A stretch of DNA of 64,000 nucleotides. Source: Candidatus Competibacteraceae bacterium (GTDB lineage: Bacteria; Pseudomonadota; Gammaproteobacteria; Competibacterales; Competibacteraceae). Below are positions 53,952 through 61,539 of this stretch, piece after piece (position 1 is the stretch's first letter; every line of letters starts with the position of its first letter). Both the position numbers and the translations under genes were made by a program. The stretch spans positions 3,906-67,905 of the forward strand of contig REEE01000213.1 of assembly GCA_007695245.1 (NCBI GenBank). The letters are read 5' to 3'. Under the pieces are notes generated by a model. The model searched no databases. It saw nothing but the letters and a program-made list of their open reading frames with translations, and was not told the DNA's origin.

Positions 53952-55837
53952 GGCATGGCTCCCAGCAAGTTCCGATCATCGTCGGGTACGGTCGATGCGT
54001 CCCGCGCGGGCAGCAGTTTGGCCAAGCGCACCAGATCGTCGTCGTGCGCATCCAGCCAATGCGCCTCCGGATCGTCCCGCCCGCTCAACCGGCGGGCCTC
54101 GCCCAGCGCCGCATCCAGATCGAAGGCCGGTTCGAAGGCCGTGGACCGCAGGCGCCGCTCCCAGGCCTCCGGAAACTGATCGAGGCTGTACAACACCGAG
54201 TTCGGCGCGGTCTGGCCCAGCCCGCAGTGGCTACCGGCTTTCATGATTCGACCCAGCCGACGCATCTCTTCCAGGTCGGCACGCGTCCCGCGGCCGGTAT
54301 GCACCTTATCCACCAGATCGCGCATCAGCGAGGTGCCGACTCGGCAGGGCGTGCAGAACCCACAGCTTTCATGCGCGAAGAAATGGGCGAAATTGCGCAT
54401 GCCGTCCAGAATATCGCGATGCTTGGCGAACACCATGAACGAGCCGCCGGTGGCCAAATCCTCGAAACTGATTTGCCGACCGTAATGGCTGGGGGCGATC
54501 GTGCGCCCGGCGGGACCGGCCATCTGGACGCCCTGCGCGTCCCGCGCGCCGCAATCTTCCAGCACCTGCCGCACGGCCACGCCGAACGGATATTCGTAGA
54601 TGCCGGGCCGCGCGCAGTCCCCGCTCACGCTGAGCAGCTTGGTGCCCTTGGATTCGGCCGTGCCGCGACTGGCGTACCACGCGCCGCCCTCGGCCGCAAT
54701 CTTGGCGGTGATGGCGAAGGTCTCAACATTGTTGACCACGGTCGGCTTGTTCAAATAGCCGTGGGTGGTCGGGAACGGCGGGCGGATGCGCGGAGTCCCA
54801 TGCTTGCCTTCCAGCGATTCGATCAGCGCCGATTCCTCGCCGCACACATAGGCGCCTGCGCCGAGGTGGATATCGATGTCGAAATTGAAGGTCGGATCGC
54901 CCAGAATCGCCGCGCCCAGCAGACCCACCTGACGACGACGTTGCAAGGTCGCCTTAAGGGCGTCCAACATATAGCGATACTCGCCGCGCAGGTAGACGAA
55001 GCCCTGGCGGGCGCCGAGCACCCGACCGCACAGGGTCATGCCTTCGAACACCAGGTCGGCGTACTCCTGCATCAACACCCGATCCTTAAAGGTGCCCGGC
55101 TCGCCCTCGTCGGCGTTGCAGACCACGTATTTGACATCGCCGGGCGCGTCCAGGCAGGACATCCATTTGAGCGCCAGTTTGAAACCGGCACCGCCCTGAC
55201 CGCGCAGGCCGGACTCGATCAACTCATCGACGATGGCTCGTCCACCGCGTTCGAGAACGGCGCGCAAGGCCGCGCCATCGGCAAAATGGCGGCCGAGCAG
55301 GATATCGGCCCGGCGGATGTTGCTGACCACCTCGAAGAACTCGCGCGGCCATTCCGGCAGCGGAGCCAGCCGCTCGACCCGTTCCGCGATTTGATCCAGA
55401 CGGGGTTTATCGAGGCGGGTCAGCGCGTAGCCGTTGACCAACGCGGCCGGCCCCTGATCGCACATGCCGGTGCAAGAGGTGACGCCGACCGTGACCCGAC
55501 CATCGGCGCGGGTTTCACCAATTCCAACGCCCAGCCGATCGCAGAGGTAGCGCAACAGCTCCCGGTTGCCGAGCATCCGGTCGGTGATATTGTCGCTGAA
55601 GAGAATATCGTAGGAGCCATGCGGTTGGGTGTAGAGAAAGGAATAAAACTCAGCCACCCGGCGTACCTTGTCGGGCGAAATGCCGAGATCCTCGGCCACC
55701 CGATCCATGGCTTCGGGCGATAGCCAGGACAGCTTATCCTGAACCTCGCGCAAGATTTGCAGCAGTCGGGTCGACAGGCCGTGGTGGCTCCGAACGATCT
55801 CGTCAATAGTTTGAGCAAGCGGACTGGGTTCCGCCAT
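53948..55837 (-). CDS. hoxF: NAD-reducing hydrogenase diaphorase subunit HoxF (NuoE-like + NuoF-like fusion)
   Basis: 629 aa with GLRGQGGAGFKLALKW, CNADEGEPGTFKDR, GAGAYVCGEESAL and ESCGFCTPCRVG. GGAGG lies 6 nt upstream of the ATG. Confidence 0.92.
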   Translation of the reverse strand: MAEPSPLAQTIDEIVRSHHGLSTRLLQILREVQDKLSWLSPEAMDRVAEDLGISPDKVRRVAEFYSFLYTQPHGSYDILFSDNITDRMLGNRELLRYLCDRLGVGIGETRADGRVTVGVTSCTGMCDQGPAALVNGYALTRLDKPRLDQIAERVERLAPLPEWPREFFEVVSNIRRADILLGRHFADGAALRAVLERGGRAIVDELIESGLRGQGGAGFKLALKWMSCLDAPGDVKYVVCNADEGEPGTFKDRVLMQEYADLVFEGMTLCGRVLGARQGFVYLRGEYRYMLDALKATLQRRRQVGLLGAAILGDPTFNFDIDIHLGAGAYVCGEESALIESLEGKHGTPRIRPPFPTTHGYLNKPTVVNNVETFAITAKIAAEGGAWYASRGTAESKGTKLLSVSGDCARPGIYEYPFGVAVRQVLEDCGARDAQGVQMAGPAGRTIAPSHYGRQISFEDLATGGSFMVFAKHRDILDGMRNFAHFFAHESCGFCTPCRVGTSLMRDLVDKVHTGRGTRADLEEMRRLGRIMKAGSHCGLGQTAPNSVLYSLDQFPEAWERRLRSTAFEPAFDLDAALGEARRLSGRDDPEAHWLDAHDDDLVRLAKLLPARDASTVPDDDRNLLGAMP

Positions 55838-56154
55838 GGACCACCTCCGTCGTTGGTTCGCCGATCCGCCGGCGCAGGGACGTGGACGGGCGCTTGTAAA
55901 TGACAGTTCGATAACAACCCTTCAAAGCATAGTCCAAGTTTGGAAAATCTTCGTCGCATCCGCTGGAACCACAAATCTTGATGTTTCCAGTCAAGAAATC
56001 AGGGAACGTGACAGTGGGTAGATGTATCGAATCTTGAGTTACTCATCACTCTCCCCTTATCGCTTTGCTGCCGCGTTAGACATGCTGGCGTTGCCAGGAG
56101 ATTACAGGCAGAATTTCACCATTTGCTTCTCGCCACCGAACAAGAGACGTTCTC

Positions 56155-57495
56155 ATGCCAAGCTCCTTTCTGAAACCCTTTTACTGGCTGCTGCTGGGTT
56201 GGCTGACCACCAGCGTCGCGGCGGCGGCGGTTTACCCCCTGCCGTCGCCTGACAACGATGTCGTCGGACAGGTCCGAGTGGTGTACGCCAACCAGGAAGA
56301 CACCCTGCTCGATATCGCTCGCCGTCATAGTCTGGGATATGAAGAAATCATTCACGCCAATCCGGGCGTGGATCGCTGGATGCCGGGGCAGGGAACGCCG
56401 ATCGTGCTGCCGACCCGGCACATCCTGCCCGACGCGCCCCGCGAGGGCATCGTGCTCAATCTTCCGGAAATGCGGCTTTATTACTATCCACCCGCCGGTG
56501 CCGACGGGCAGCGGGTGGTCCACACGTATCCAGTCAGCATCGGCCAGATGGACTGGAAAACGCCGCTCGGCGTGACCCGGGTGATCAGCAAGGAGATCGA
56601 TCCACCCTGGCGGCCGCCGGCCTCGATCAAGGCCAAATATGCCGCCCGCGGCGATCCCCTACCGGACGTGGTGCCGCCCGGCCCGGATAATCCGCTGGGC
56701 CGCCATGCCCTGCGGCTCTCCCTGACGAGTTATCTCATCCACGGCACCAACCGCCCGTATGGCATCGGCATGCGAGTGACCCATGGTTGTGTGCGGATGT
56801 ACCCCGAAGATGTCGAGCGCCTGTTCGGCATGGTTCCGGTTGGGGTCACGGTGCGCATCATCGACCAGCCGATCAAGGTCGGGCGGTTGCGTGGCGAACT
56901 CTTCATCGCGATACACGAACCGCTGGAAGAAACCGACTTGCCGAGACGAATCACCCTGGAGCAGGTCCGAGAGGCCGTCGCCGCCAAGGTCGGCCCGGAG
57001 CTGGCCGGGGTCGATCAAACCATCCTGCAAGTGGCGGTCGAACAAGTGAGCGGCATCGCCGTTTCCATCTCCGCCGGACCGGGCTCGACCAGGGACCATC
57101 GGACCGTTCACGCGCCGCCCGGCCGTCAGTTCTATTCCGAGCATCCGACATCCAACCGACTGCCGATTGCCAGGCCACCGGCGGAGGGTCCGTACCGTCC
57201 TTACCCACCGCCCCGCCAAAACCACCCTTCAGCAGCGACTGCCCCGCCCGATCGGCCGTCACCTGGGACGCTTCCCAGATCCGCCCCACCTTACCGAGGT
57301 TCAACCATGGGTTACGCCTCCACATACGCGGATTTTGAGCCGCCACCCATCGCGATCCCGCCAGCCTATCGGCCTGCTCCAAGCCCCACAACAGCCTATC
57401 CCAGAATGCTAGCCGCGCCGCGCCCAGGGTTGCCACTCGCACCGGACCCCTACCCGCCACTGCCCGTGGAGCGCCCTCCAGCCAGCCAGTGGTGA
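56155..57495 (+). CDS. L,D-transpeptidase (LysM + YkuD domains) with a roughly 140-aa Pro-rich C-terminal tail
   Basis: 446 aa. Signal peptide, LysM-like DTLLDIARRHSLGYEEIIHANPGVD, and YkuD catalytic LIHGTNRPYGIGMRVTHGCVRMYPEDV. Confidence 0.88.
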   Translation: MPSSFLKPFYWLLLGWLTTSVAAAAVYPLPSPDNDVVGQVRVVYANQEDTLLDIARRHSLGYEEIIHANPGVDRWMPGQGTPIVLPTRHILPDAPREGIVLNLPEMRLYYYPPAGADGQRVVHTYPVSIGQMDWKTPLGVTRVISKEIDPPWRPPASIKAKYAARGDPLPDVVPPGPDNPLGRHALRLSLTSYLIHGTNRPYGIGMRVTHGCVRMYPEDVERLFGMVPVGVTVRIIDQPIKVGRLRGELFIAIHEPLEETDLPRRITLEQVREAVAAKVGPELAGVDQTILQVAVEQVSGIAVSISAGPGSTRDHRTVHAPPGRQFYSEHPTSNRLPIARPPAEGPYRPYPPPRQNHPSAATAPPDRPSPGTLPRSAPPYRGSTMGYASTYADFEPPPIAIPPAYRPAPSPTTAYPRMLAAPRPGLPLAPDPYPPLPVERPPASQW

Positions 57496-57507
57496 AGGCC
57501 GACCATT

Positions 57508-57544
57508 AAAAAACCCCGCGATCGTCAGATCGCGGGGTTTTTTT
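57508..57544. terminator. Bidirectional rho-independent terminator between the ldt (+) and lpp-like (-) genes
   Basis: aaaaaa-ccccgcgatc-gtca-gatcgcgggg-ttttttt. A perfect 10-bp stem has an A-tract on one side and a T-tract on the other. Confidence 0.85.
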
Positions 57545-57570
57545 CCACCTTGCCGTCTTAGGCGTTCGGA

Positions 57571-57813
57571 TCACTTATACATCGAACGCTGGAACATCCG
57601 GCTGATTTTCTCTTCGGTCGCCATGCTCATGGATCGGGCTTCGCCGGCGATGGCTTTTGCTTCGTTAGCGGTATCCATCGCATTGCGGGCCATGGATTTG
57701 GCTTCGTTGGCGTCGTTCTGCACTTTCTGTAGATCGCTGGTGCTGGCGCAACCCACGGTCAAACCGGCGACCAGCGCCAGCGCGGCAACCTTGGTTAAGG
57801 TCTTCATGGACAT
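57571..57813 (-). CDS. lpp: Braun-type major outer-membrane lipoprotein (Lpp/OprI-like)
   Basis: 80 aa. Signal plus lipobox LVAGLTVGC, an alanine-zipper/coiled-coil body ([27 protein letters not shown]), and a C-terminal ...SMYK ending in Lys, like E. coli ...KYRK. Confidence 0.8.
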   Translation of the reverse strand: MSMKTLTKVAALALVAGLTVGCASTSDLQKVQNDANEAKSMARNAMDTANEAKAIAGEARSMSMATEEKISRMFQRSMYK

Positions 57814-57896
57814 TTTCAAACTCCTTCGAATTTTTTCAAGGGTATTGTTGTTACAAAGAAATGTGGCCGATGGCGGCAAGGCTGCCGCAACGTCGG

Positions 57897-57902
57897 ATTA
57901 TA
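57897..57902 (-). promoter_or_regulatory. Candidate -10 box (TATAAT) for the lpp-like gene
   Basis: A perfect minus-strand TATAAT lies about 85 nt upstream of the ATG. The -35 is weak (TGCAAA at a 17-nt spacing). A 6-bp GC hairpin gcggca-gcct-tgccgc lies in the putative 5' UTR. Confidence 0.35.
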
Positions 57903-57945
57903 TAGGACAGAGAGTTCCGTTTGCAGACAATTTCCAATGCGAAAT

Positions 57946-58560
57946 TCAACGAATTTCGACGCGCATGCCCATCTGAACCCAAGGGCGAAGCGCGTCGATC
58001 TGCCGATTGTCCAAAGCCACGCAACCGGCCGTCCAGTTAATGCCGGCGGCGTGGACGGCCGGATCGCCGTTTCCCACCCCGTGAATGCCGATCTGCCCAC
58101 CTAATGGCGTATCCTGCGGTGGCGTGCGACCGTCGAGCAAAGCCGCACGAATGCGCTGGTAGGTCAGCCAGTCGATCCGATTGTCCCGTAACGCCTGCTC
58201 CGCGTGGTCGAGATTGGGATAGTCGAGACCGAAGAAGGTCCTGAATCGGCTGCGTTCGTTGATCCAACCCACCCGAAATACCCCAATTGGCGTCTTGTTA
58301 TCGCCGCGCCGTTGCTTGATGCCCACACCACTGCTGCCCACGACGATCCGATCGAACACCTCGACCGGTCGGTCGCCCCACATGACGCTCAAGGTATTGG
58401 CCTGGGTATCCACCAGCAACCAGGATTCCTGAGGCGTCGCCGGGCGACTCATCGCTACCGAAGGCGGCGTGACTTTCTGAACGGTGTGCGAAGCGCAAGC
58501 GCCGACCAGTCCTGTCAAGGCAACCAAAAAAATAAGCCGTTTGGCAAAGCGCATCCACAT
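57946..58560 (-). CDS. L,D-transpeptidase-fold (YkuD) lipoprotein
   Basis: About 204 aa from MWMRFAKRLIFLVALTGLVGAC (lipobox). The catalytic region is GGQIGIHGVGNG......NWTAGCVALDN. Confidence 0.8.
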   Translation of the reverse strand: MWMRFAKRLIFLVALTGLVGACASHTVQKVTPPSVAMSRPATPQESWLLVDTQANTLSVMWGDRPVEVFDRIVVGSSGVGIKQRRGDNKTPIGVFRVGWINERSRFRTFFGLDYPNLDHAEQALRDNRIDWLTYQRIRAALLDGRTPPQDTPLGGQIGIHGVGNGDPAVHAAGINWTAGCVALDNRQIDALRPWVQMGMRVEIR

Positions 58561-58634
58561 GGCAATCACTCTCGGTATTCTTACCAACGATCATCAGCCT
58601 GAAGTTATAGATCAGCCAGAACAGCCGCGCCACA

Positions 58635-58973
58635 TCAACCGGCTTCTTTTTCCCCGGACAAGCGGGCGGCATGTTGCCGGGTCAACGCCAGAAACCGTGG
58701 AGTGGGTCCGACATCCTCGTAGATCGGATCGCCCAACTCATCCTCGGCGATCACCCGCTCGCCCTGTCGATAAGGCAACGCCGCTTCCAGGGTGTCGAGC
58801 GCCGCCCCCAGCAACTCGGTGACCAATTGTTCTTCGGTCTTGCGCGGATATAAAACCCGCAGGGCGGCGATCCGGGCGGCGTCGCGGACCGGCAACCGCA
58901 CCCGGTATTCCCGCGCGGTCAAACGCACCGCGCCGGTCCGCTCCCATTCTTCCAACAATTGCTTGATTTGCAT
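58635..58973 (-). CDS. Conserved hypothetical cytoplasmic protein (112 aa)
   Basis: MQIKQLLEEWERTG...RVRLPVRDAARIAALRVLYPRKTEEQLVTELLGAALDTLEAALPY...DPIYEDVGPTPRF. No signal peptide or TM. I recall similar gammaproteobacterial proteins but cannot name the family with confidence. Confidence 0.5.
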   Translation of the reverse strand: MQIKQLLEEWERTGAVRLTAREYRVRLPVRDAARIAALRVLYPRKTEEQLVTELLGAALDTLEAALPYRQGERVIAEDELGDPIYEDVGPTPRFLALTRQHAARLSGEKEAG

Positions 58974-59101
58974 GTTTGTGAGTCTCTGTTTCAGTCAAAA
59001 CGCGGTTCCACAACGACCGGGATCGACAAGGAGTTCCCGATGAGGCAATGTTCTTTAGCATTGCGATGGATCGAATAAAGACTTGAGGGTGTTTCGTGCG
59101 A

Positions 59102-59563
59102 TCAAGGCGTCGCCGGATCGGCGGCTTCGGCCAGAGTGATCGAGAAGCTGCCTCCACCCAGCGTCAGATCGAGACCTTTCTGAACGTTCTGCAAGTAGAT
59201 CGTCACGCCGTGGCCATTGCGCAGCATGGTGCCACCGCCCCCCTGGATCAGGGTCAACGCGCCGTCGACCGCCACGTAACGGCCGGCGAAATCGTCCACT
59301 TCCCGCAACCGATAGACCTGACCGAGCGCGTCGACCCGGGCGATGCCGACCGTCGCCAGCTTAAACCCCGAGATCGTAAACGGATACTGTTCGCCCTGGA
59401 ACTCCAAGACCCCCTGTCCCTGGCTGTAGCCGACCAAAAGACCAAACGAAGTGCTGGAAAACCGCATCCGCGCATCCGACCGTCCATCTTGCGCCCAAGC
59501 GCCGCCACTGGAAATGGCCAGCATCGCCAGCAGCACCATCCATCCCATCCGCGTCAACCCCAT
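59102..59563 (-). CDS. Secreted beta-rich protein of unknown function (153 aa)
   Basis: Signal peptide MGLTRMGWMVLLAMLAISSGGAWA. The pattern FGLLVGYSQGQGVLEFQGEQYPFTISGFKLATVG...GQVYRLREVDDFAGRYVAVDGALTLIQGGGG..LRNGHGVTIYL...KGLDLTLGGGSFSITL is reminiscent of small periplasmic DUF families (possibly DUF1134/EipA-like). Unverified. Confidence 0.55.
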   Translation of the reverse strand: MGLTRMGWMVLLAMLAISSGGAWAQDGRSDARMRFSSTSFGLLVGYSQGQGVLEFQGEQYPFTISGFKLATVGIARVDALGQVYRLREVDDFAGRYVAVDGALTLIQGGGGTMLRNGHGVTIYLQNVQKGLDLTLGGGSFSITLAEAADPATP

Positions 59564-59804
59564 CACGCTCTCCTCATCAAATGCTACCCACTGGGTTGCA
59601 AGCCGACCATGGCGTTCAGAACAGCTCGACATCACCCTCATCCATGGATTGCTGCAAAACCGTCTGGCTTTTCTGAAACGCCGCGGAACCGAGAATCTGT
59701 CGTAACCTCTCGCTCAATTCTCGCAGCGTCCGCCGGGAATCGCCACCGCTCCGGGTCGTCTCGGTAAGAATCCCGGCGCCGCTACAGGGTTCATGCGGGT
59801 TTTA

Positions 59805-60299
59805 TCAGGGTCGCGGCGCGACTTCCGCCTCCTCCAACGCAGCTTCCGCCTCCTCCAGCGCGGCTTCCGCTTCCTCTGGCGCGACTTCCGCCTCCTCCAG
59901 CGCGGCTTCCATCTCCTCCAGCGCGGCTTCCGTCGCCTCTGGCGTGAGTTGCGGATCGGCGGGAGTCGGAACCGGTTCGGGTTCCACGGGAACACGGTCT
60001 GGCGCGGCGGGCGTCTCCGGCACCGCGGGGGGTACCACCGTCTCTTGCGGAGCCGGAGACCGGCTCGCCAACTGATTGAGCGCCCATAAGCCCACGGCCG
60101 CCACACCCGCCACCGCCCCGATCAGGATCAGACCAATCAACGCGCCGGACAAGCCACGCCGTGGTTCTTCCGGGGTATTCGAGGAAGAGGATTCCGCGCC
60201 CGGCGAGGGCGACTGGGAAGCCATCACGCAGGGTATCCGCATCGAATCAGCGACGAGCCGCAGTAAGGACCATAGGCCACAAATTAATAGTCTGTTCAT
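59805..60299 (-). CDS. Single-pass membrane protein with a Pro-rich spacer and an acidic EAALEEAE tandem-repeat C-terminus
   Basis: 164 aa. TM LSGALIGLILIGAVAGVAAVGLWAL, then PAPQETVVPPAVPETPAAPDRVPVEPEPVPTPADP, then (EA(A/T)EAALEE)n. The start is uncertain: ATG 60299 or internal Met codons. Confidence 0.55.
   Translation of the reverse strand: MNRLLICGLWSLLRLVADSMRIPCVMASQSPSPGAESSSSNTPEEPRRGLSGALIGLILIGAVAGVAAVGLWALNQLASRSPAPQETVVPPAVPETPAAPDRVPVEPEPVPTPADPQLTPEATEAALEEMEAALEEAEVAPEEAEAALEEAEAALEEAEVAPRP
59815..59945. repeat. 24-nt in-frame tandem repeat (about 5 units) in the 59805-60299 CDS
   Basis: gcgacttccgcctcctccaacgca / gcttccgcctcctccagcgcg / gcttccgcttcctctggcgc / gacttccgcctcctccagcgcg / gcttccatctcctccagcgcg ... 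Confidence 0.85.
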
Positions 60300-60447
60300 G
60301 AAAGCATTCCTCAGGTTTGTTCAGATTGGCTGAAATGGCCATCCATGGCGCGCTATCCCACGCCCCATCAAGGCGGTCCCAGGCGACGGAAGTCACCGCT
60401 CCAACTCCTTCTGATTGGTTAGATCGAATAATAATGATCGCAATGCG

Positions 60448-60474
60448 TCCACAATGTTTCCACAATGTTTCCAT
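60448..60474. repeat. 11-bp direct repeat in the intergenic region upstream of the 59805-60299 gene
   Basis: tccacaatgtt-tccacaatgtt-tcca (minus strand TGGAAACATTG x2.4), about 150-175 nt upstream of ATG 60299. Confidence 0.85.
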
Positions 60475-60549
60475 CAAACCACGGTCGGGCGGTTTGGCGA
60501 GAGCCGCAAACGGTGCGAATCAGCGACCGGGCGGATTCAGAATCAACGG

Positions 60550-61539
60550 TCATTTGGCGATACCGGCGTGGGTCGGCGCGGCCGGCCTGGATGCCGGTGC
60601 CGGTACGGGCTCGGGCGCGGGCGCGGGTTCGGGCGCCGGTACGGGTTCGGGTGCCGGTACGGGCTCGGGTGCCGGTACGGGCTCGGGCGCGGGTTTGAGC
60701 CAGAGTGAATCCCGCACATCGGGCGGTGTTTCCCGCGACGCGGGCTCGGTTGCGGGAGAGATACGAACAGGAGGATGGGTGCGCCACCACCATCCCGTCG
60801 CCGCGGTCGCCGCAACCGCCAATCCCACCAGGATCGCCAGTCCGATCCACACCGTCCCGGACTTCCAGTGCCGCTGCTCGTCAGTCGCTCCGACCCGATC
60901 CGGACGGGCTATTTCACCGTCAGGCTCGCTCCGGGGCACCGCTGGAGGCGACGGCTCCCGGGCTGGCTCCGGGTCCGGCGGAATTTCCACCGGCGCGGCC
61001 TCCCCGTCCGCCTCCCGACCACCCTTTCTACCCCCAATGAGTGGAACCCGACGTCCGGGCGCTCTACGGGTGGGTTCGGCATCGACATCGGTCGCCACGG
61101 CCCGGGCGAGTCGGACGGGTCGCGCGCCGGGGGTTACAGTCCGCGTCGGCAAGGGGTCGCCCACCGCGCGCCGGCCCGGCGTCACGCGCGTCGGCAAGTC
61201 CGGTTCCAGCGCCGATGGCCAGACGAAATTCACGGTTGCGATTTCCGCCAGACCCCGGCCTCGCACCGTCAATCGGTAGGGCCGGTGTTCCAGGTGGGAC
61301 GCCAGATCGGCGGCAACGCCGAACTTCAGGATCTCTCCGTCGTACCAGCTTTCTCCGGGCCGCAGCCAGCATTCCACATCCTGCCAGCCCGCTAGGCCGA
61401 GATAGTTGGCGGCAAAGCCATCGCGACTCAAGGCGAACTCGAAGGTTTCCAGAACGCGTGGCAGACCACCGACGCTCACGATGGCGTGTCCCATCGGACG
61501 AGCGGGATCCCCCACAACGCGAACTGAAAGCATGGACAT
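60550..61539 (-). CDS. Hypothetical bitopic membrane protein: about 105-aa N-terminal globular domain, disordered linker, TM, (PAPEPV)n tail
   Basis: 329 aa. AGGAG lies 5 nt upstream of ATG 61539. TM WIGLAILVGLAVAATAATGWWW. The C-terminus is KPAPEPVPAPEPVPAPEPVPAPEPAPAPEPVPAPASRP. I recognise no family. Confidence 0.55.
   Translation of the reverse strand: MSMLSVRVVGDPARPMGHAIVSVGGLPRVLETFEFALSRDGFAANYLGLAGWQDVECWLRPGESWYDGEILKFGVAADLASHLEHRPYRLTVRGRGLAEIATVNFVWPSALEPDLPTRVTPGRRAVGDPLPTRTVTPGARPVRLARAVATDVDAEPTRRAPGRRVPLIGGRKGGREADGEAAPVEIPPDPEPAREPSPPAVPRSEPDGEIARPDRVGATDEQRHWKSGTVWIGLAILVGLAVAATAATGWWWRTHPPVRISPATEPASRETPPDVRDSLWLKPAPEPVPAPEPVPAPEPVPAPEPAPAPEPVPAPASRPAAPTHAGIAK
60594..60694. 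repeat. 18-nt in-frame tandem repeat (about 5-6 units) in the 60550-61539 CDS
   Basis: ggtgccggtacgggctcg units with minor variation. They encode PEPVPA on the minus strand. Confidence 0.85.

Noticed and set aside
55880-55990. Sigma54-type (TGG-N9-TGC) or FNR-type (TTGAT-N4-ATCAA) sites in the hoxF/ldt divergent region.
   Set aside because: The best sigma54-like match (TGGTTCCAGCGGATGC on the minus strand) has the GG-GC spacing off by one and a poor flanking consensus. The TTGAT at about 55977 lacks the ATCAA partner.
60317-61279. 320-aa plus-strand ORF with a (GAGTGS)n array, opposite the 329-aa minus-strand gene.
   Set aside because: It has no Shine-Dalgarno sequence, and outside the repeat its composition is the garbage-like R/S/G-rich type. 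The minus-strand frame has AGGAG, a clean TM helix and a plausible globular domain. This still needs codon-statistics confirmation.
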